A DNA stretch of 64,000 nt from Squalus acanthias (GCA_030390025.1 CM059438.1:67272001-67336000); one strand, 5' to 3'; positions 1-13,777 are shown, counted from the stretch's first letter. The notes: a model not told the origin generated them from the letters alone. Numbers and translations: made by a program.

Positions 1-252
1 AGGTGGTAGAGCTCGCAGGGTTTGGGAGGTGCTGTTGAAGAAGCCTTGGCGAGTTGCTGCAGTGCATCTTGTAGATGGTACACACTGCAGCCACGAGGGA
101 GGGAATGAATGTTTAAGGTGGTGGATGGGGTGCCAATCAAGTGGGCTGCTTTGTTGAGCTTCTTGAGTGTTGTTGGAGCTGCACTCATCCAAGCAAGTGG
201 AGACTATTCCATCACACTCCTGACTTGTGCCTTGCAGATGGTGGAAAGGCTG
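1..252 (-). mobile_element. Fragment of a CR1-clade LINE 3' region
   Basis: Start of the window is the reverse complement of the LINE-like segment beginning near 12925 (cagcagcacctcccaaacccg...). Confidence 0.5.
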
Positions 253-526
253 TTGTTGTTGTTCTATATATAAAGAATGATTTTTCCAGCCTCCGCATTA
301 ATCCTTTCTGTGATTATCTTAACTTTGTGCCCTCTCATTACAGCTTCACCAACTTGTTGCAACAACCTATCACTATTTACCTTGCTATAATGCTTCATGA
401 TCTTGAATAGTTCTATCAAGTCACTCTTCAGCTCTAATGAAAGAAACCCTGATTTGATTGCGGTACCGCCCCCTCTCCCCATCTGGAGGTGCTCTGGAAG
501 AGAAAACACTTCCTCAGGTAGTTTTT

Positions 527-990
527 GGGTCCAGCTGTGGCTCAGTGGGTAGCACACTCGCCTCTGAATCAGAAGGCTGTGGGTTCAAGTCCCACTCCAG
601 AGGCTTAGAGCACAAAAATCTAGGCTGACATTCCAGTGCAGTTCTGATGGAGCGCTGCACTGTCGGAGGTGCCGTCTTTTGGATGAGACGTTAAACCGAG
701 GCCCCGTCTGCTCTCTCACATGGATATAAAAGATCCCATGGCACTATTTCGAAGAAGAGCAGGGGAGTTCTCCCCGGTGTCCTGGCCAATATCTATCCCT
801 CAACCATCATCACAAAAACAGATTACCTGGTCATTATCACATTGCTGTTTGTGGGAGCTTGCTGTGCTCAAATTGGCTGCTGCGTGTCCTACATTACAAC
901 AGTGATTATACTTCTAAAGTACTTCATTGGCTGTAAAGCGCTTTGGGATGTCCGGTGGTCGTGAAAGGTGCTATAGAAATGCAAGTCTTC
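527..990 (+). mobile_element. tRNA-derived SINE, DeuSINE/SacSINE1-like
   Basis: A-box-like TGGCTCAGTGGG, B-box GGTTCAAGTCCC, central AAAGATCCCATGGCACTATTTCGAAGAAGAGCAGGGG core, L2-like tail ...GCTATAGAAATGCAAG. Further copies occur in this window. Confidence 0.85.
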
Positions 991-2542
991 CTTTTCTTTC
1001 TTCTTTCTTTGGTATCAGTCATTCCACCTCCTTTAAATTGTAACACTCGCTCTAGAGTCGGGGCTGCCACACTTATAATACAGGCAGTGTTAGATTTTGA
1101 AATACAATGCAGCTCTTTTGGAATCTGCAAAAAAGCATAGCGGGAATACAAAAACCCACAGCTTTCATAGGTGCTGTCATTTTCCGTCAAAGCGTCAGCT
1201 TGGTACATTAAGAAGCATTTGCACAATCAAACACATGATTAAAACTACATGAGACATCTTTCATGTAATATGTGGGCAAGTGTGAATATATGGCAGCACT
1301 GGATACAGTAAGAGATTTAATTGAACTGTTAAAGCATGAAGTGGTTGTTAATTAAGTAACATTACAGAGTGTCTGAAATGGAGAATACACAGAGTGGTAC
1401 AGATGTGCTTGAGAGGCAACTAAAATTGCATTCCTTGCATACACTGGTCATATCATCGAACTTGTTAGCCATTGTTCAGAGAGTGAAGACTGCAGGAATT
1501 CTGGATTATAATCTGACATTATTACGATGGAAATCAAGAAAAAAAAAGACATTCAAGGCAGTGTTTAATGTGTTCATCTTCTTGGTGCGGTGTGTGCTCA
1601 TAACATTTCACTGCTGCTGAAATCTGCTGCGACATTTAAAACCCCGATGCTTCCAGCTCTATCCTTTAAGGTGGTGCTGCATGCCCACCATGAGAATCTG
1701 CTCTGCCAGATTCCCCTTCCTCCCTAACAGTGAGCTACCTATAAGCACCGCGACTTCTTCTGGCAGCTCGCCTGTTCCATTTAAATGAGACCTGACCACC
1801 AAATCGATCGGGCCTTCTGTGAACGTCATTGGGCAGGTGGGGCAGGCAGCCTGCCCATCATCCACCTACGCTGTGCTCCTCATCAAACCCGAGCGCTCTG
1901 TCTCTAGACAGCGTGCATATTAAATCAAAGGCCACAAAATCAATAGATGATTAATGAAATTGTGAGTGATGATAACACTTAACATTGAAATGTGATCATT
2001 CAACGAGCCCCTCTCTTGTCTCTGCCCTGGTGGCACTGACTCCAGCTGGGCTACTTTTCCTTGGTGTACTTCACTCAACTGTTAGCCTGGGCAGTGATTC
2101 ATGGCAGGTTGTTTGACTGTGGTGGGCAGCATATCCAAGCCTAATCCTGTCTTCACAGGGGTGGGCACATCCTATTTTGTTGAAGCAAAATGCTGAAGCC
2201 CCGAAGCAAATTGATTGTATTTATCTATTTTGTAAGCCTGAAGCGCATGACTGAAGCCACCAATGCAAACACTCCATATCAATTCCAAAGAAAAACATTC
2301 CTTGAAATGAGATGTCTTAATGATTGTTCTGTTCTCACATCTCCTATTCTCTCTGTACTTTCAAACATCTACATTCATTGATTTGCAGATTGAATCTCCT
2401 TCAATGTCACATTGCTGACTGACCTCCTTATTTGCCTTGGCCTTGGTTGCCAGTTCTGTATTCAAAGCTAGATTGAAAGGATGCAAGAAAGTAAGAATTT
2501 GTTTCAGTTGCAGTCGATGACTTGTGAGGGTGATGGAATTGC

Positions 2543-2960
2543 ATAGAATTTACAGCACAGAAACAGGCCAATCGACCCAACTGGTCTGTGCTGGTGTTTA
2601 TGCTCCAAATGAGTCTCTTCCCACCTTACTTCATCTAACTATCTGCATATGCTTCTATTAATTTCTCCCTCGTGTACTTATCTAGCTTCCCCTAACGGCA
2701 TATATACTATTCACCACACTAATCTTTGTGATAGCAAGTTCCACATTCTAACCACTGTCTGAGTTAAGAAGTTTTTCCTGAATCCTTTATTGACTTTATT
2801 ACTGATTATCTTATATTTATGGCCCCTAGTTTTGGTCTCCCCCACAAATGGATGCATCTTCTCTAAGTCTACTCTATCAAATTCCATAATTTTAAAGACC
2901 TCTATTAGGTCACCCTGCAGCCTTCTCTTGTCGAGAGAAAAGAACCCCAACCTGTTCAAA
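2543..2960 (-). mobile_element. CR1 LINE 3' fragment
   Basis: ORF2 C-terminal motif LGFFSLDKRRLQGDLIEVFKIM...FRKNFLTQTVVRMWNLL. Confidence 0.85.
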
Positions 2961-3339
2961 CAGCACATCATGGCAAGTTTTAAAGAAAGGACTAGATTAA
3001 TTCTCATTGTTAATTGGCTATTAGTTCACCAATCATAATCAGGATCCTGATGAGAAGTTTGATTGGATGGACCAGCGGTTTTCTCCAGCCCAAAATAACA
3101 ATGTATACCAGCAATGAAATGTGGTTGACTCTTAATTGCCCTCTGAAGTGGCCTAGCCACAACACCTCAGAGACTGTGGGGGCTGCACTCTGAACTCTTT
3201 CCCTGGATACTCTCCATTGTTCTTTCCAGCAGATTTGATGTACAGGTCTCTCCAGGCCGAGATTCAAGGCTGCAACGAGCAGGGTGTTGATGGAGAGCAA
3301 GATCGACCCTCCCCTTTAAGAACTGGCCGGTGCCAGTGT

Positions 3340-3552
3340 GTCTGTGTTCCATTGCTGACTGACATCACATGAGCTTCGCCAGCGCTCTGAGGTAGCGCCT
3401 CGCTTCTCGGCGTTAGCGCCTTAAGAGAGGTGTGTAGCGCCTGATTTAGCGCTCCAATCACCTCCAGGGGCGATAGAAGCCAAGTTTGCAGTCGGAGGCG
3501 ATAATTAGCGCCAGGCGCTAAACTTTGCGCCTGGCCGAAAATTGCGCCCCAA
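3340..3552. mobile_element. Probable Harbinger-related terminal fragment/MITE
   Basis: Clustered TTAGCGCC/GGCGCTAA motifs; AATTAGCGCCAGGCGC is shared with the Harbinger left end near 18030. Confidence 0.45.
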
Positions 3553-3766
3553 ACAGGGTGATACCAGATTTCTCCCGTTTTTTGTGTCTTCACAATAAGC
3601 ACATGGTAAATGAGTACAGAGCATGGTGCTGGAACCAAATTGAGACTGGAAGCTGATCGGAGCAATGCAGACCTGGCAGCAGTACGTTAGTGCCTTTCAT
3701 GACCTCAGGGCATCCCAAAGTGCCTCACAGCCAATGCTTGTGGTTAGTTACCAGTTAGACATTTAA

Positions 3767-4712
3767 GGGGGAATTTTAACCCCAGAAAACAGGTGGGTTG
3801 GGGTCGGGTGGGAGGTTAAAGAGTTCAAAAACTGACTCCCGACCCCAACCCGCCTCAAACCCGCCCACTACCGGTTTTAACGGAGGCGGTACGGCAATGG
3901 GCAGCCAACCCGCTCCAAGGAGGCGGGTCAACTATTTAAATATTATAATGAGTCTGATGTGCCTCATGGTGATCCACCATTACAAATGTAACTCTGGCTG
4001 GTCGGGTTTCCCGCGCCTCGGGGAACCTTCCAGCTAAAGGAAGGTGAGGAGGACTGCTGGATCCAGGAGGTAAGTGCCTTTCCAGTTACCTGCTGTATCC
4101 AGCGTCCCTGCCTCACCCAATCCCCTCAATTGGAGACCCCCTCAATCTCGCCCACCCCTCCCGAGGCCTCCGATTTCACCCCGAGGCCTCTGATTCCCCC
4201 CCCCCACGAGGCCTCCGATCACCCCCTGACCTCCCTCCACCCTGAGGCCTCCGATCTACCCCCCTGACCTACCCCCACCCCGAGGCCTCTGATTCCAACC
4301 CCTCCCACGAAACCTCCAATCTCCCCAAAACCTTCTCCCCCCCCCCCGCCCCCCCCAACGAGGCTTCCGAACGTTTTCCTGGCCTCCCCCTCCAGCCCCA
4401 ATGCTTCTCTGGCCCCCAACCACCTCCCCCCCCTCCGATGCTCCTCCGGCCCCTAACTACCCCCGACCCCCACAATGCTCCTCCGGCCTCCCCCCTCCAG
4501 CCCCGATGCTCCACCGGCCCTCCGATCGTCCTCCAGGTCCCGACCCCACCTGCAATGCTCCTCCAGCCCCCCATGGTCCTCCAGCTCCCAAAAGTGCCCC
4601 CCCCCCAATGCACCTCCGGTTCTCCCTGGTTTTCCAACTGTTTTCTAGCACCACCCACCCCCCGCCCCCCCCCATGCCGCCCCCAACTCACCTCCCGATT
4701 AAAAATCCAGCC
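3767..4712 (+). mobile_element. Non-autonomous DNA transposon (MITE-like) with C-rich low-complexity interior
   Basis: Ends GGGGGAATTTTAAC...TTAAAAATCCAGCC; a related copy in the opposite orientation lies at 48878-49761. Confidence 0.6.
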
Positions 4713-7019
4713 ATAATGTCAGCTAAAAGGTTCTTTGCCAACATTAAAAAGTTGAAGAGGAAATTGTAGAAGTTCACTTTGCACTGGTTGCAGCCATACT
4801 GCAGGAAGATTTCCTCTATGTGTTGTAAATGTTGGCCCAGTTGACACACAGGAAACCCTCGCCACCGAGTTGCCTTGTTGAGATGGTTTCGCAGCTCTTA
4901 CCAAAATGAACTTCCAGCAGCAGCAACTTGCGTTTATGTTGTGCATTTGATGTCAAAAAGAAGTCCCGAGGCAATAGGCGTGTATGAAAATACAGGCCGA
5001 GCGAGGAGAAGAGAGATTAGGAAGGATGAGCAAAAACTTGGTTGAAGAGTGGGACCCAATGGTTGAAGTTTCCGTCAGAAATTGTGGGATTGGGGGAGCA
5101 GTGGGAGGGAGAGGGGAATCCAGAGGAGCTCAGAGTCAGTGGAACAGAACGTTTAGGGGAGGAATATAGTGCTGGAGCAGATTTCAGAGTTAGGGTGGGG
5201 CAAGGCCTTGGAGGACGAGGATATTAAACCTCAGGCACTGGGAGATGGCGAACCAATGCGGTCAGCAAGGACTGGAGTGATGAGCGAGCAGCACTCGTTG
5301 GGGAGGAGACACTTGCAGCAGAATTTTCCACACGTTGGCCTTCCCTCCTGAGCTAGAGAATAATTTTTACATTAATGTTCTATTGACACAGAAACTACAA
5401 TATAAACGGGCCTTAAAAGTAAATGAGGGGAATCATTTTAAATTATTCTCTTTTCTAGATATTCTCCCATTTTGGGTCAGTGGGGGTAAATCTAGCCCTA
5501 TATTTTTTTTTACAAATACAGGCCTATTGAAAGAACAGAAAACACCATGACAGGAGGCACAATCCAAATCTATATTTCACTGCAGGGAATAGCCATGATA
5601 ACCAGTGAAGGATGATGACACTTGTGAGTTATCAGGTGAATCCTCCCTTGTGAATACATACAATTTGATATCACATTTTGTGATGTATCCTCGATCTAAT
5701 CCACACTGCTTGGCCAACCAAAGTCATAAAGAGAGCTGCTGTGCACTGAATGTGATCTTTTTCATTCAGTTAAGTGTTGCACTGGCTTTTAGAAATACGT
5801 GGAGACCTTCACGACCTCAGGGGTGTTGAAAAGGGAGAATTGTTACATTTAAACTACGCTATATCAGTTCCGGAATATTCACATGGCTGGCGAATCTGAA
5901 CTAAACTGTTATAACGAGGCTGCTGTATCATAACTCTTAGGCCGATGACAGGTATCACTGCTATTCTTATTTATTAGTAATTCTGAACTTTGATTGACGG
6001 CTTCAGTTTCCAAACAGCAATCACGTGGAAGCATAATTTGCCTCCGCACTGTGAAAGAAGACATTTCTTATATCTGTGACAGAGTGCAAACAAAAAGCTG
6101 CCGTCAAGTGGCTACACTTTTATTGTCTTTACATAACAAGATGTAGTGAGGTGACCCTTTGTGTTGGCAATCTATGCATAATTTATACATCTTATTTCCA
6201 GAGTTAGGTGCTGGTGAGTCTGGAGAGAGAGAAAAAAACGGCGAGGAGATCAGGAATGCACATTTTAATGGCATAGCATGCAAGGCAATCACTCAACAGC
6301 AAGAAGAGATGGGGTGATATGTTATTCGACTGACAGAATTCATTTTTGTTATTCGTGAGATTATGAGGTTGCTTTAATATAAACTGCTGCAGTGATTGTT
6401 GAGATTGGAAGTGATTTATCGCAACAGCCTTTCTCCACAACTTTAATTTTGAAGGAGTGCATCAGACTTGCGGGGATTGGGGTGGCGCTTGAATATTATT
6501 TTTCGACTTTAACCTCTCGAATTCGCCAGGCTTTCCCTTTCCATTGCAGGATCAAAGTTGCTCACGGCCAACCTTTAATCAAAGGGAAGGGCCCTTTTTT
6601 TTCGTTGACCTAGGGCTGGGAGTGTGAGCTATTCCCCAGTCATCTCCATTCTGGCCGGGGAATAGTGCGCCACTATCTGCAGCCAAAATGGACAGCCGGC
6701 AGTTGAAAACTGACTCCGCAAACGTGGACACAAATGGAGAAAGAGAAATTAGATTCATACACTCTCACACGTGTTCAGTTGCTTAACTTTTGGCACAGGG
6801 GCTCTGAATCTGACCTGCAGTGCATTCTGCGGGAGTTTAGAACACCAGGGGCTCTTCCATATTGTATGCCCCATCTTCCGGAAAAAGTTCTGCACAGCAA
6901 ACATGATAGGAGTGTGCACCACTGTCTGTACCAGGGGGAGTCTTCTGTTTCTAACTGCTGCCATTTTCATAGTCTCTCTGAGTGAGTTTGTCAATTGAGG
7001 AAAGAGAGAGAGATGAACA

Positions 7020-7395
7020 ACAGCAACAACTTGTATTTACATAGTGCCTTTAACATAGTAAAAGGTCCCAAGGCACTTCACAGGAGCGTTATCAAGCAAA
7101 ATTTGATACCGAGCCACATAAGGAGATATTAGGACAGATGGCAGGTAGGTTTTAAGGAGCATCTTAAAGGAGGAAAGAGAGGTAGAGAGGTGGAGAGTTT
7201 TAGGGAGGGAATTTCAGAGCTTAGGGCCGAGGTAGCTGAAGGCACGGTCGCCAATGGTGGAGCGATTAAAATCGGAGCTGCACAAGAGGCCAGAATTGGA
7301 GGAGCACAGAGATCTCGGAGGGTTGTAGGGCTGGAGGAGATTACAGAGATAGGGAGGGGCAATGCCATGGAGGGATTTGAAAACAAGGATGAAAG
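7020..7395 (-). mobile_element. L2-clade LINE 3' fragment
   Basis: ILVFKSLHGIAPPYLCNLLQPYNPPRSL...GDRAFSYLGPKL is typical of the L2 ORF2 C-terminus; its 3' tail resembles the SINE tail. Confidence 0.8.
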
Positions 7396-8654
7396 TGCCT
7401 ACAGGGAAGAGGATAAATATTGTCCATATACCATGCATAGAGTTGACGAAGAGAAGAAATTGTCAGTCCATCGACCGAGATTGGATTCTAATCCAGATCA
7501 CAGGGATGAAAGGACAATGTGCAACCCTACTCTACCCCTTCTGAATGACCTTTACAAGAGCCATTAGTGTAGTCCACAGGCCTGCCAAACTTCATCAGTA
7601 TATCGATATGCATGACGAGAGATTCAGGCCAGAAAGCCACAATTTAAATTTAAGGCAGAATTGAGATTATACAAGATGGGATTTTCGTTTTTCCTTTTAT
7701 CGCAGAGTTCATGATTATTGGTTGAAGTAGTTCTTTCACCTGCAAAATTTGTGTTAAAATAAGCTGGGGTTGGGGGGTGGGGCTTGGTTCTGCTAGAAAG
7801 TATAATTTCTCATGTCCTTTGCATCCATAATTAAAATCAGCGCTTGGAAATAATTTGCAACACTTGGCGACAGTTCAGTTCTATTTCTATCTCTTGTGTG
7901 CATTAGCCTGAGTGACGAGGAAAACGACAAAGGGAAAACAAGTTGCCAGGCCCTCTGTTTGATATTGGGAAGAGCAGGGATCTGGAGTAGGTTAGAATTA
8001 TCGTTTGAACTTCAGTCTGTGGACGTGTTTGCTTCTTAGAGCACGCTCGTCCAACTCTCAAGTGTGTGCTTTGATTTCTTTTCTTTTGCAGCAACAGAGG
8101 TATGCGGGACTGTGAATAATTAAAAAGGATTCAGTGCGGCGAAGGAATAACTTGATTCAGTAATTGATTGGAGGGCACACACAATAGCGTGATTGAATTA
8201 ATCTGTTCTCCCATTCACTGACTGGGACCTGGGGAGTGGGACTGGTGAAAGACATACTTCAAGTATTGTAAGGTGGCACGTGGCAAAGGACTTGCTTCAT
8301 TATTGCGTGTGAATTGAAGTGGGATAATGGCATTTGATGCCAGTGCTGCACAAAGACTTCGGGCACGCGGCTTCAACAAGTGGATTTGTAAGTATTACTG
8401 TGAGGTGACCTTGCACCTGTTTCTCTTTCTTATCATTATGATATTTTTTCTTAAAAAAAAAGTCAGGGGCTACCTGCGATTATGAACAAGGGCTTGCTTA
8501 TAGGTGTAATGATGCAGTGTGATCGTTTGCACTTCACGGAGCAAACTGATAAATGGTGGCAATGGAAAAGACTAATGCCATCAGCAATACTCTATGGAAG
8601 GCACCGTTAGTAAACAGACAGTTTCAATTGAAAAAAAGAATGACACAGATTTAC

Positions 8655-9685
8655 ATCTATCCCTATTCACATTAAACCTCCATTCCCTTCTCCCCTCATG
8701 TGCTTATCCAGCTTCCCCTTAAATGCATCTATGCTATTCGCCTCAACTACTCCCTGTTGTAGCAAGTTCCACATTTTAAGCACTCTCTGGGTAAAGAAGT
8801 TTCTCCTGAATTCCCTGTTGGATTTATTAGTGACGCTCTTATATTTATGACCCCTAGCTTTGGTCTCCCCCACAAGTAGAAACATCTTCTCTATGTCGAC
8901 TCTTTCAATCCGCTTCATAATTTTAAAGAACTTTAGGCCACTCTTAAGGCTTCTCTTTTCGAGAGAAAAGAGCCCCAGCCTGTTCAGCCTTTCCTGATAG
9001 TTACAAGGTCTCACTTCTGGAATTTATTTTGCACCTTCTCCAGTGCTTCTATGTCCTTTTTGTAATGTGATCAGAACTGTACAAGTGTGGTCTAACTAAG
9101 GTTCTTTTCAAGTTTAACGTAACCTCTCTGCTTTTCAATTCTATTCTTCTAGGAATAAACCCTGGTGCTTTGTTTGCATTTTTTATGTCCTTGTTAACCA
9201 GTGTTGCTACTTTTAATGATATGTGAATCTGTACCCCTAGATCTCTTTGCTCGTCTACCCCATTTAGGCTCTTATTTGGCAAGGAGTATGTGGCCTTTTT
9301 ATTCCACCTACCAAAATGCACCACCTCACACTTACCTATATTGAAATTCATTGCCATTTACATGCTCATTCTGCAAGTTTATTAACGTCTTCTTGTATTT
9401 TGTCACAGTCTTCATCAGTATTAATTATACCTCCTAATTTGGTGTCATCTGCAAATTTTGATTCCTGAGGCCAAATTGTTGATGTGAATCGTGAACAACA
9501 GTGTTCCCAGCACCATTCCATGTGGAATACCACTTCCCACCTTCTGCCAGTCTGAGTAAATACCTTCAACACCTACTCTCTGTTTTCTGTTTTGTAGCCA
9601 GTTTGCTATCGATTCTGCTACTTGTCCCGACTCCACATGTTCTCACCTTCGTTATGAAGCTAATTATCGAAGGTCTTTTGAAAAT
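8655..9685 (-). mobile_element. Decayed CR1 LINE, RT and C-terminal part
   Basis: Frameshifted pieces: KFADDTKLGG, QRDLGV, LVRPHL, LGLFSLEKR, FFTQRV. Confidence 0.85.
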
Positions 9686-9825
9686 CAGAATGGCCCAGAA
9701 TTTCCTGGGGAGTAGCATTCTGTTCTGGCCAAAGGAGGAGAGCTGATTCTCCCATCAGCTCTTGATCAGAAAAGTCCTGCAGCCTGGTGAGCAGAAAGCA
9801 TCTCTACCACCCTTCGCTCATCAGA

Positions 9826-10290
9826 GTGTCAGCCAGAGGCTCAGTTGGTAGCACCCTCACCTCTAAGTCAGAAGGTTGTGAGTTCAAGTCCCACTCCAGG
9901 ACTTGAGCACAAAAATCTAGGCTGACACTCCAGTGCAGTACCGAGGGACTGCTGCACTGTCAGAGGTGCCATCTTTCAAATGAGACGTTAAGCCGAGGTC
10001 CCGTCTGCCCTCTAAGGTGGACGTAAAAGATCCCATGGAACTATTTCGAAGAAGATTGGCCAGGCTGTGTCCTGGCCAATATTTATCCCTCAACCAACAT
10101 CACTAAAGCAGATTATCTGGTCATTATCACATTGTTGTTTGTGGGAGCTTGCTGTGCGAAAAATTGGCTGCCATGTTTCCTACATTACAATAGTGACTAC
10201 ACTTCAAAAAGTACCTCATTAGCTGTTAAAGCGCTTTGGGACGTTGAGTGGTCGTGAAAGGCGCTATATAAATGCAAGTCTGTCTGTCTC
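9826..10290 (+). mobile_element. tRNA-derived DeuSINE-like SINE
   Basis: Colinear with 527-990. Confidence 0.85.
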
Positions 10291-10888
10291 TCTTCTTCAG
10301 TGCTGAAAGCGGGTGTGTAATTGTGGCTCCCAAATGCTATGACTATGGCTCTGTCAAGTGTTGTTTAATGGAAGCATTATTCTATTCCTAGCTTAGTCAA
10401 AGGAGTGAGGCAAAATATTTATAAAAGGAGTTAAATATTTATTCCCAGCAAATAGAGCAGTAAAAAATGTTTACTTGTGTGTTGATGAAGGATGGAGGCA
10501 AAGGAATCATTTGATAAGTTGCTAGCTTTCAAGTCAGGTTCAAGAAAAAGTAGAACTGAATGTTAAGTTGCAGTGTGAGAGGATTTTTTTAAAATATAAT
10601 TTATTGGGGGTTTGACCCATGATTTATAAACTTAAGTTTGCTGAAAATCCATTTTAATACACAGTGGAAATCTGTTTTCAGTAGACTAAGCATTAATAAT
10701 TCATCCACTCTTCAGAAAAGTTTCCTTGTGCAATAATTTAGAGTATGGGCAAAGTTACTGCCACTTAACTTCAGATGGAGAAGAATGAGAAATGTCCTGT
10801 GTAGACTTAGTGAAAGTGGGAAGGAAGGAAGATAACCTAGCCCCAGTTCTCGCTTGATACTTCTAAGTTACCATCAAGTGCAGGGGCA

Positions 10889-12688
10889 GGGGCTATCACC
10901 AGATCGGGAGCCAGGGGCTATCACCAGATCGGGAGCCAGGGACTATCACCAGATCGGGAGCCAGGGGCTATCACCAGATCGGGAGCCAGGGACTATCACC
11001 AGATCGGGAGCCAGGGGCTATCACCAGATCAGGAGCCAGGGGCTATCACCAGATCGGGAGCCAGGGACTATCACCAGATCGGGAGCCAGGGGCTATCACC
11101 AGATCAGGAGACAGGGGCTATCACCAGATCGGGAGCCAGGGGCTATCACCAGATCGGGAGCCAGGGACTATCACCAGATCGGGAGCCAGGGGCTATCACC
11201 AGATCACAGCCAGGGGCTATCACCAGATCGGGAGCCAGGGGCTATCACCAGATCGGGAGCCAGGGGCTATCACCAGATCACAGCCAGGGGCTATCACCAG
11301 ATCGGGAGCCAGGGGCTATCACCAGATCACAGCCAGGGGCTATCACCAGATCGGGAGCCAGGGGCTATCACCAGATCACAGCCAGGGGCTATCACCAGAT
11401 CAGGAGACAGGGGCTATCACCAGATCAGGAGACAGGAGCTATCAGCAGATCGGGAGACAGGAGCTATCACCAGATCGGGAGACAGGAGCTATCACCAGAT
11501 CACAGCCAGGGGCTTTCACCAGATCGGGAGCCAGGAGCTATCACCAGATCAGGAGCCAGGGGCTATCACCAGATCGGGAGCCAGGGGCTATCACCAGATC
11601 GGGAGACAGGAGCTATCACCAGATCAGGAGCCAGGGGCTATCACCAGATCACAGCCAGGGGCTTTCACCAGATCGGGAGCCAGGAGCTATCACCAGATCA
11701 GGAGCCAGGGGCTATCACCAGATCGGGAGACAGGGGCTATCACCAGATCGGGAGACAGGGGCTATCACCAGATCGGGAGCCAGGGGCTATCACCAGATCA
11801 GGAGACAGGGGCTATCACCAGATCGGGAGCCAGGGACTATCACCAGATCGGGAGCCAGGGGCTATCACAAGATCAGGAGACAGGGGCTATCACCAGATCG
11901 GGAGCCAGGGACTATCACCAGATCGGGAGCCAGGGGCTATCACCAGATCACAGCCAGGGGCTATCACCAGATCGGGAGCCAGGGGCTATCACCAGATCGG
12001 GAGCCAGGGGCTATCACCAGATCACAGCCAGGGGCTATCACCAGATCGGGAGCCAGGGGCTATCACCAGATCACAGCCAGGGGCTATCACCAGATCAGGA
12101 GACAGGAGCTATCACCAGATCGGGAGACAGGAGCTATCACCAGATCGGGAGCCAGGGGCTATCACCAGATCGGGAGCCAGGGGCTATCACCAGATCGGGA
12201 GCCAGGGGCTATCACCAGATCACAGCCAGGGGCTATCACCAGATCAGGAGACAGGGGCTATCACCAGATCAGGAGACAGGAGCTATCAGCAGATCGGGAG
12301 ACAGGAGCTATCACCAGATCGGGAGACAGGAGCTATCACCAGATCAGGAGCCAGGGGCTATCACCAGATCACAGCCAGGGGCTTTCACCAGATCGGGAGC
12401 CAGGAGCTATCACCAGATCAGGAGCCAGGGGCTATCACCAGATCGGGAGACAGGGGCTATCACCAGATCGGGAGACAGGAGCTATCACCAGATCACAGCC
12501 AGGGGCTTTCACCAGATCGGGAGCCAGGAGCTATCACCAGATCAGGAGCCAGGGGCTATCACCAGATCGGGAGCCAGGGGCTATCACCAGATCGGGAGCC
12601 AGGGGCTATCACCAGATCAGGAGCCAGGGGCTATCACCAGATCGGGAGCCAGGGGCTATCACCAGATCGGGAGCCAGGGGCTATCACC
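10889..12688 (+). repeat. Minisatellite, 24/25-bp unit GGGGCTATCACCAGATC(GGG/AGG/AC)AG(C/A)CA, about 70 copies
   Basis: Directly visible tandem array with variant units and higher-order periodicity. Confidence 0.97.
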
Positions 12689-12924
12689 ATACAGCAATAA
12701 ATGATAACCCCAGTTGAAACCATGTACTGTAACAACATGATGAATGGAAAATATTTCACAGTTGTTGGGTAAATGGAGAGCAACAATCCAAGAGACAACA
12801 GGCTGCTTGATGCTAATCGTGTGTTCATATGTAATGTATTTTGTTAGGTTACATAACAACCCAGCATTGAATTACAAAGGATAACACCTGGGCATACGAT
12901 CTATAGGATGCATGGAAGCAAGTC

Positions 12925-13235
12925 GCCAAGGCTTGTTCAGCAGCACCTCCCAAACCCGTGACCTTCGCCACTTAGAAGGACAAGGGCATCAGGTGCATGG
13001 GAACACCACCACCTCCAAGTTCCCCTCCAAGTCACACACCATTCTGACTTGGACATATATCACTGATCCTTAATTGGCATTGGGTCAAAATCCAGGAACT
13101 CCCCACGTAACAAGATTGTAGGAGCACTTTCACCACATCGACTGCAGGGGTTCAATAAGGTGACCCACCACCATCTTCTCAAGGGCAAATAGAAATCGAC
13201 AATAAATGCCGGCTTTGCCAGCGATGCCCATATCC
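12925..13235 (+). mobile_element. CR1-clade LINE 3' end fragment
   Basis: Ends in AATAAATGCCGGCTTTGCCAGCGATGCCCATATCCC, which matches the inverted tail near 58095-58150. Confidence 0.6.
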
Positions 13236-13740
13236 CCTGTCCTGGGCTTCTCCTGTCCTGGGCTTCTCCCTTGACTCTGGACCACCCCCCACCCCCCACC
13301 ACATTGCCGCCTATCTCAGCATTGCGGACCTTCCCCGCAGCAGCCTCTTGCCAGCTGAATTCCTGCTGCCGTCCGCTGGCTAGGTACTCATTCCTGCTGG
13401 GTTCGCGCGGGAGTCCGACCTTCTGTATTAAACTGAGACCCAGAAGCTAAAACCGCTCCGGGCCTCCCACAGCACCGGCATGTGAGCTTGCCGCTCACCC
13501 CCAGGTACCGTCCCACCTGTAATTAAAATAGGCCTCAATATTCCAATGCCTGGGACCTGGAGAGTTGGACTTGTCAGTGGCAGTTGGGATTCTTCCTGCT
13601 TCTTTTCAGTTCATCCTGGTAAGCAACAGGAAGCTTGCCATACGATAGCAAAATACTGCGGATGCTGGAAATCCGAAATAACAATAGAAAACGCTGGAAA
13701 AACTCAGCAGGCCAGGCAGCATCCGTGGAGAGAGAAAGAG

Positions 13741-13777
13741 AGTTAACGTTTCAGGGCGATGACCTTTCATCAGAACT
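13741..13777 (-). ncRNA. Minimal type I hammerhead ribozyme in pLTR (sense to the ORF)
   Basis: Minus strand reads AGTT-CTGATGA-AAGGTCATCGCCCT-GAAA-CGTT-AACT; stem II has one mismatch. Confidence 0.75.

Noticed and set aside
527..600. tRNA genes at the SINE heads
   Set aside because: The A and B boxes continue into SINE bodies, and no complete cloverleaf with terminator is evident.
4219..4769. Pro-rich and Gly-rich ORFs here and at 48862-49507
   Set aside because: They are translations of low-complexity C/G runs inside MITE-like elements.
10854..12704. 616-aa ORF as a real protein, or the array as a CRISPR
   Set aside because: The ORF arises from a stop-free 24/25-bp unit cycling through frames and has a TTG start. 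There are no unique spacers or cas genes, and the context is eukaryotic.
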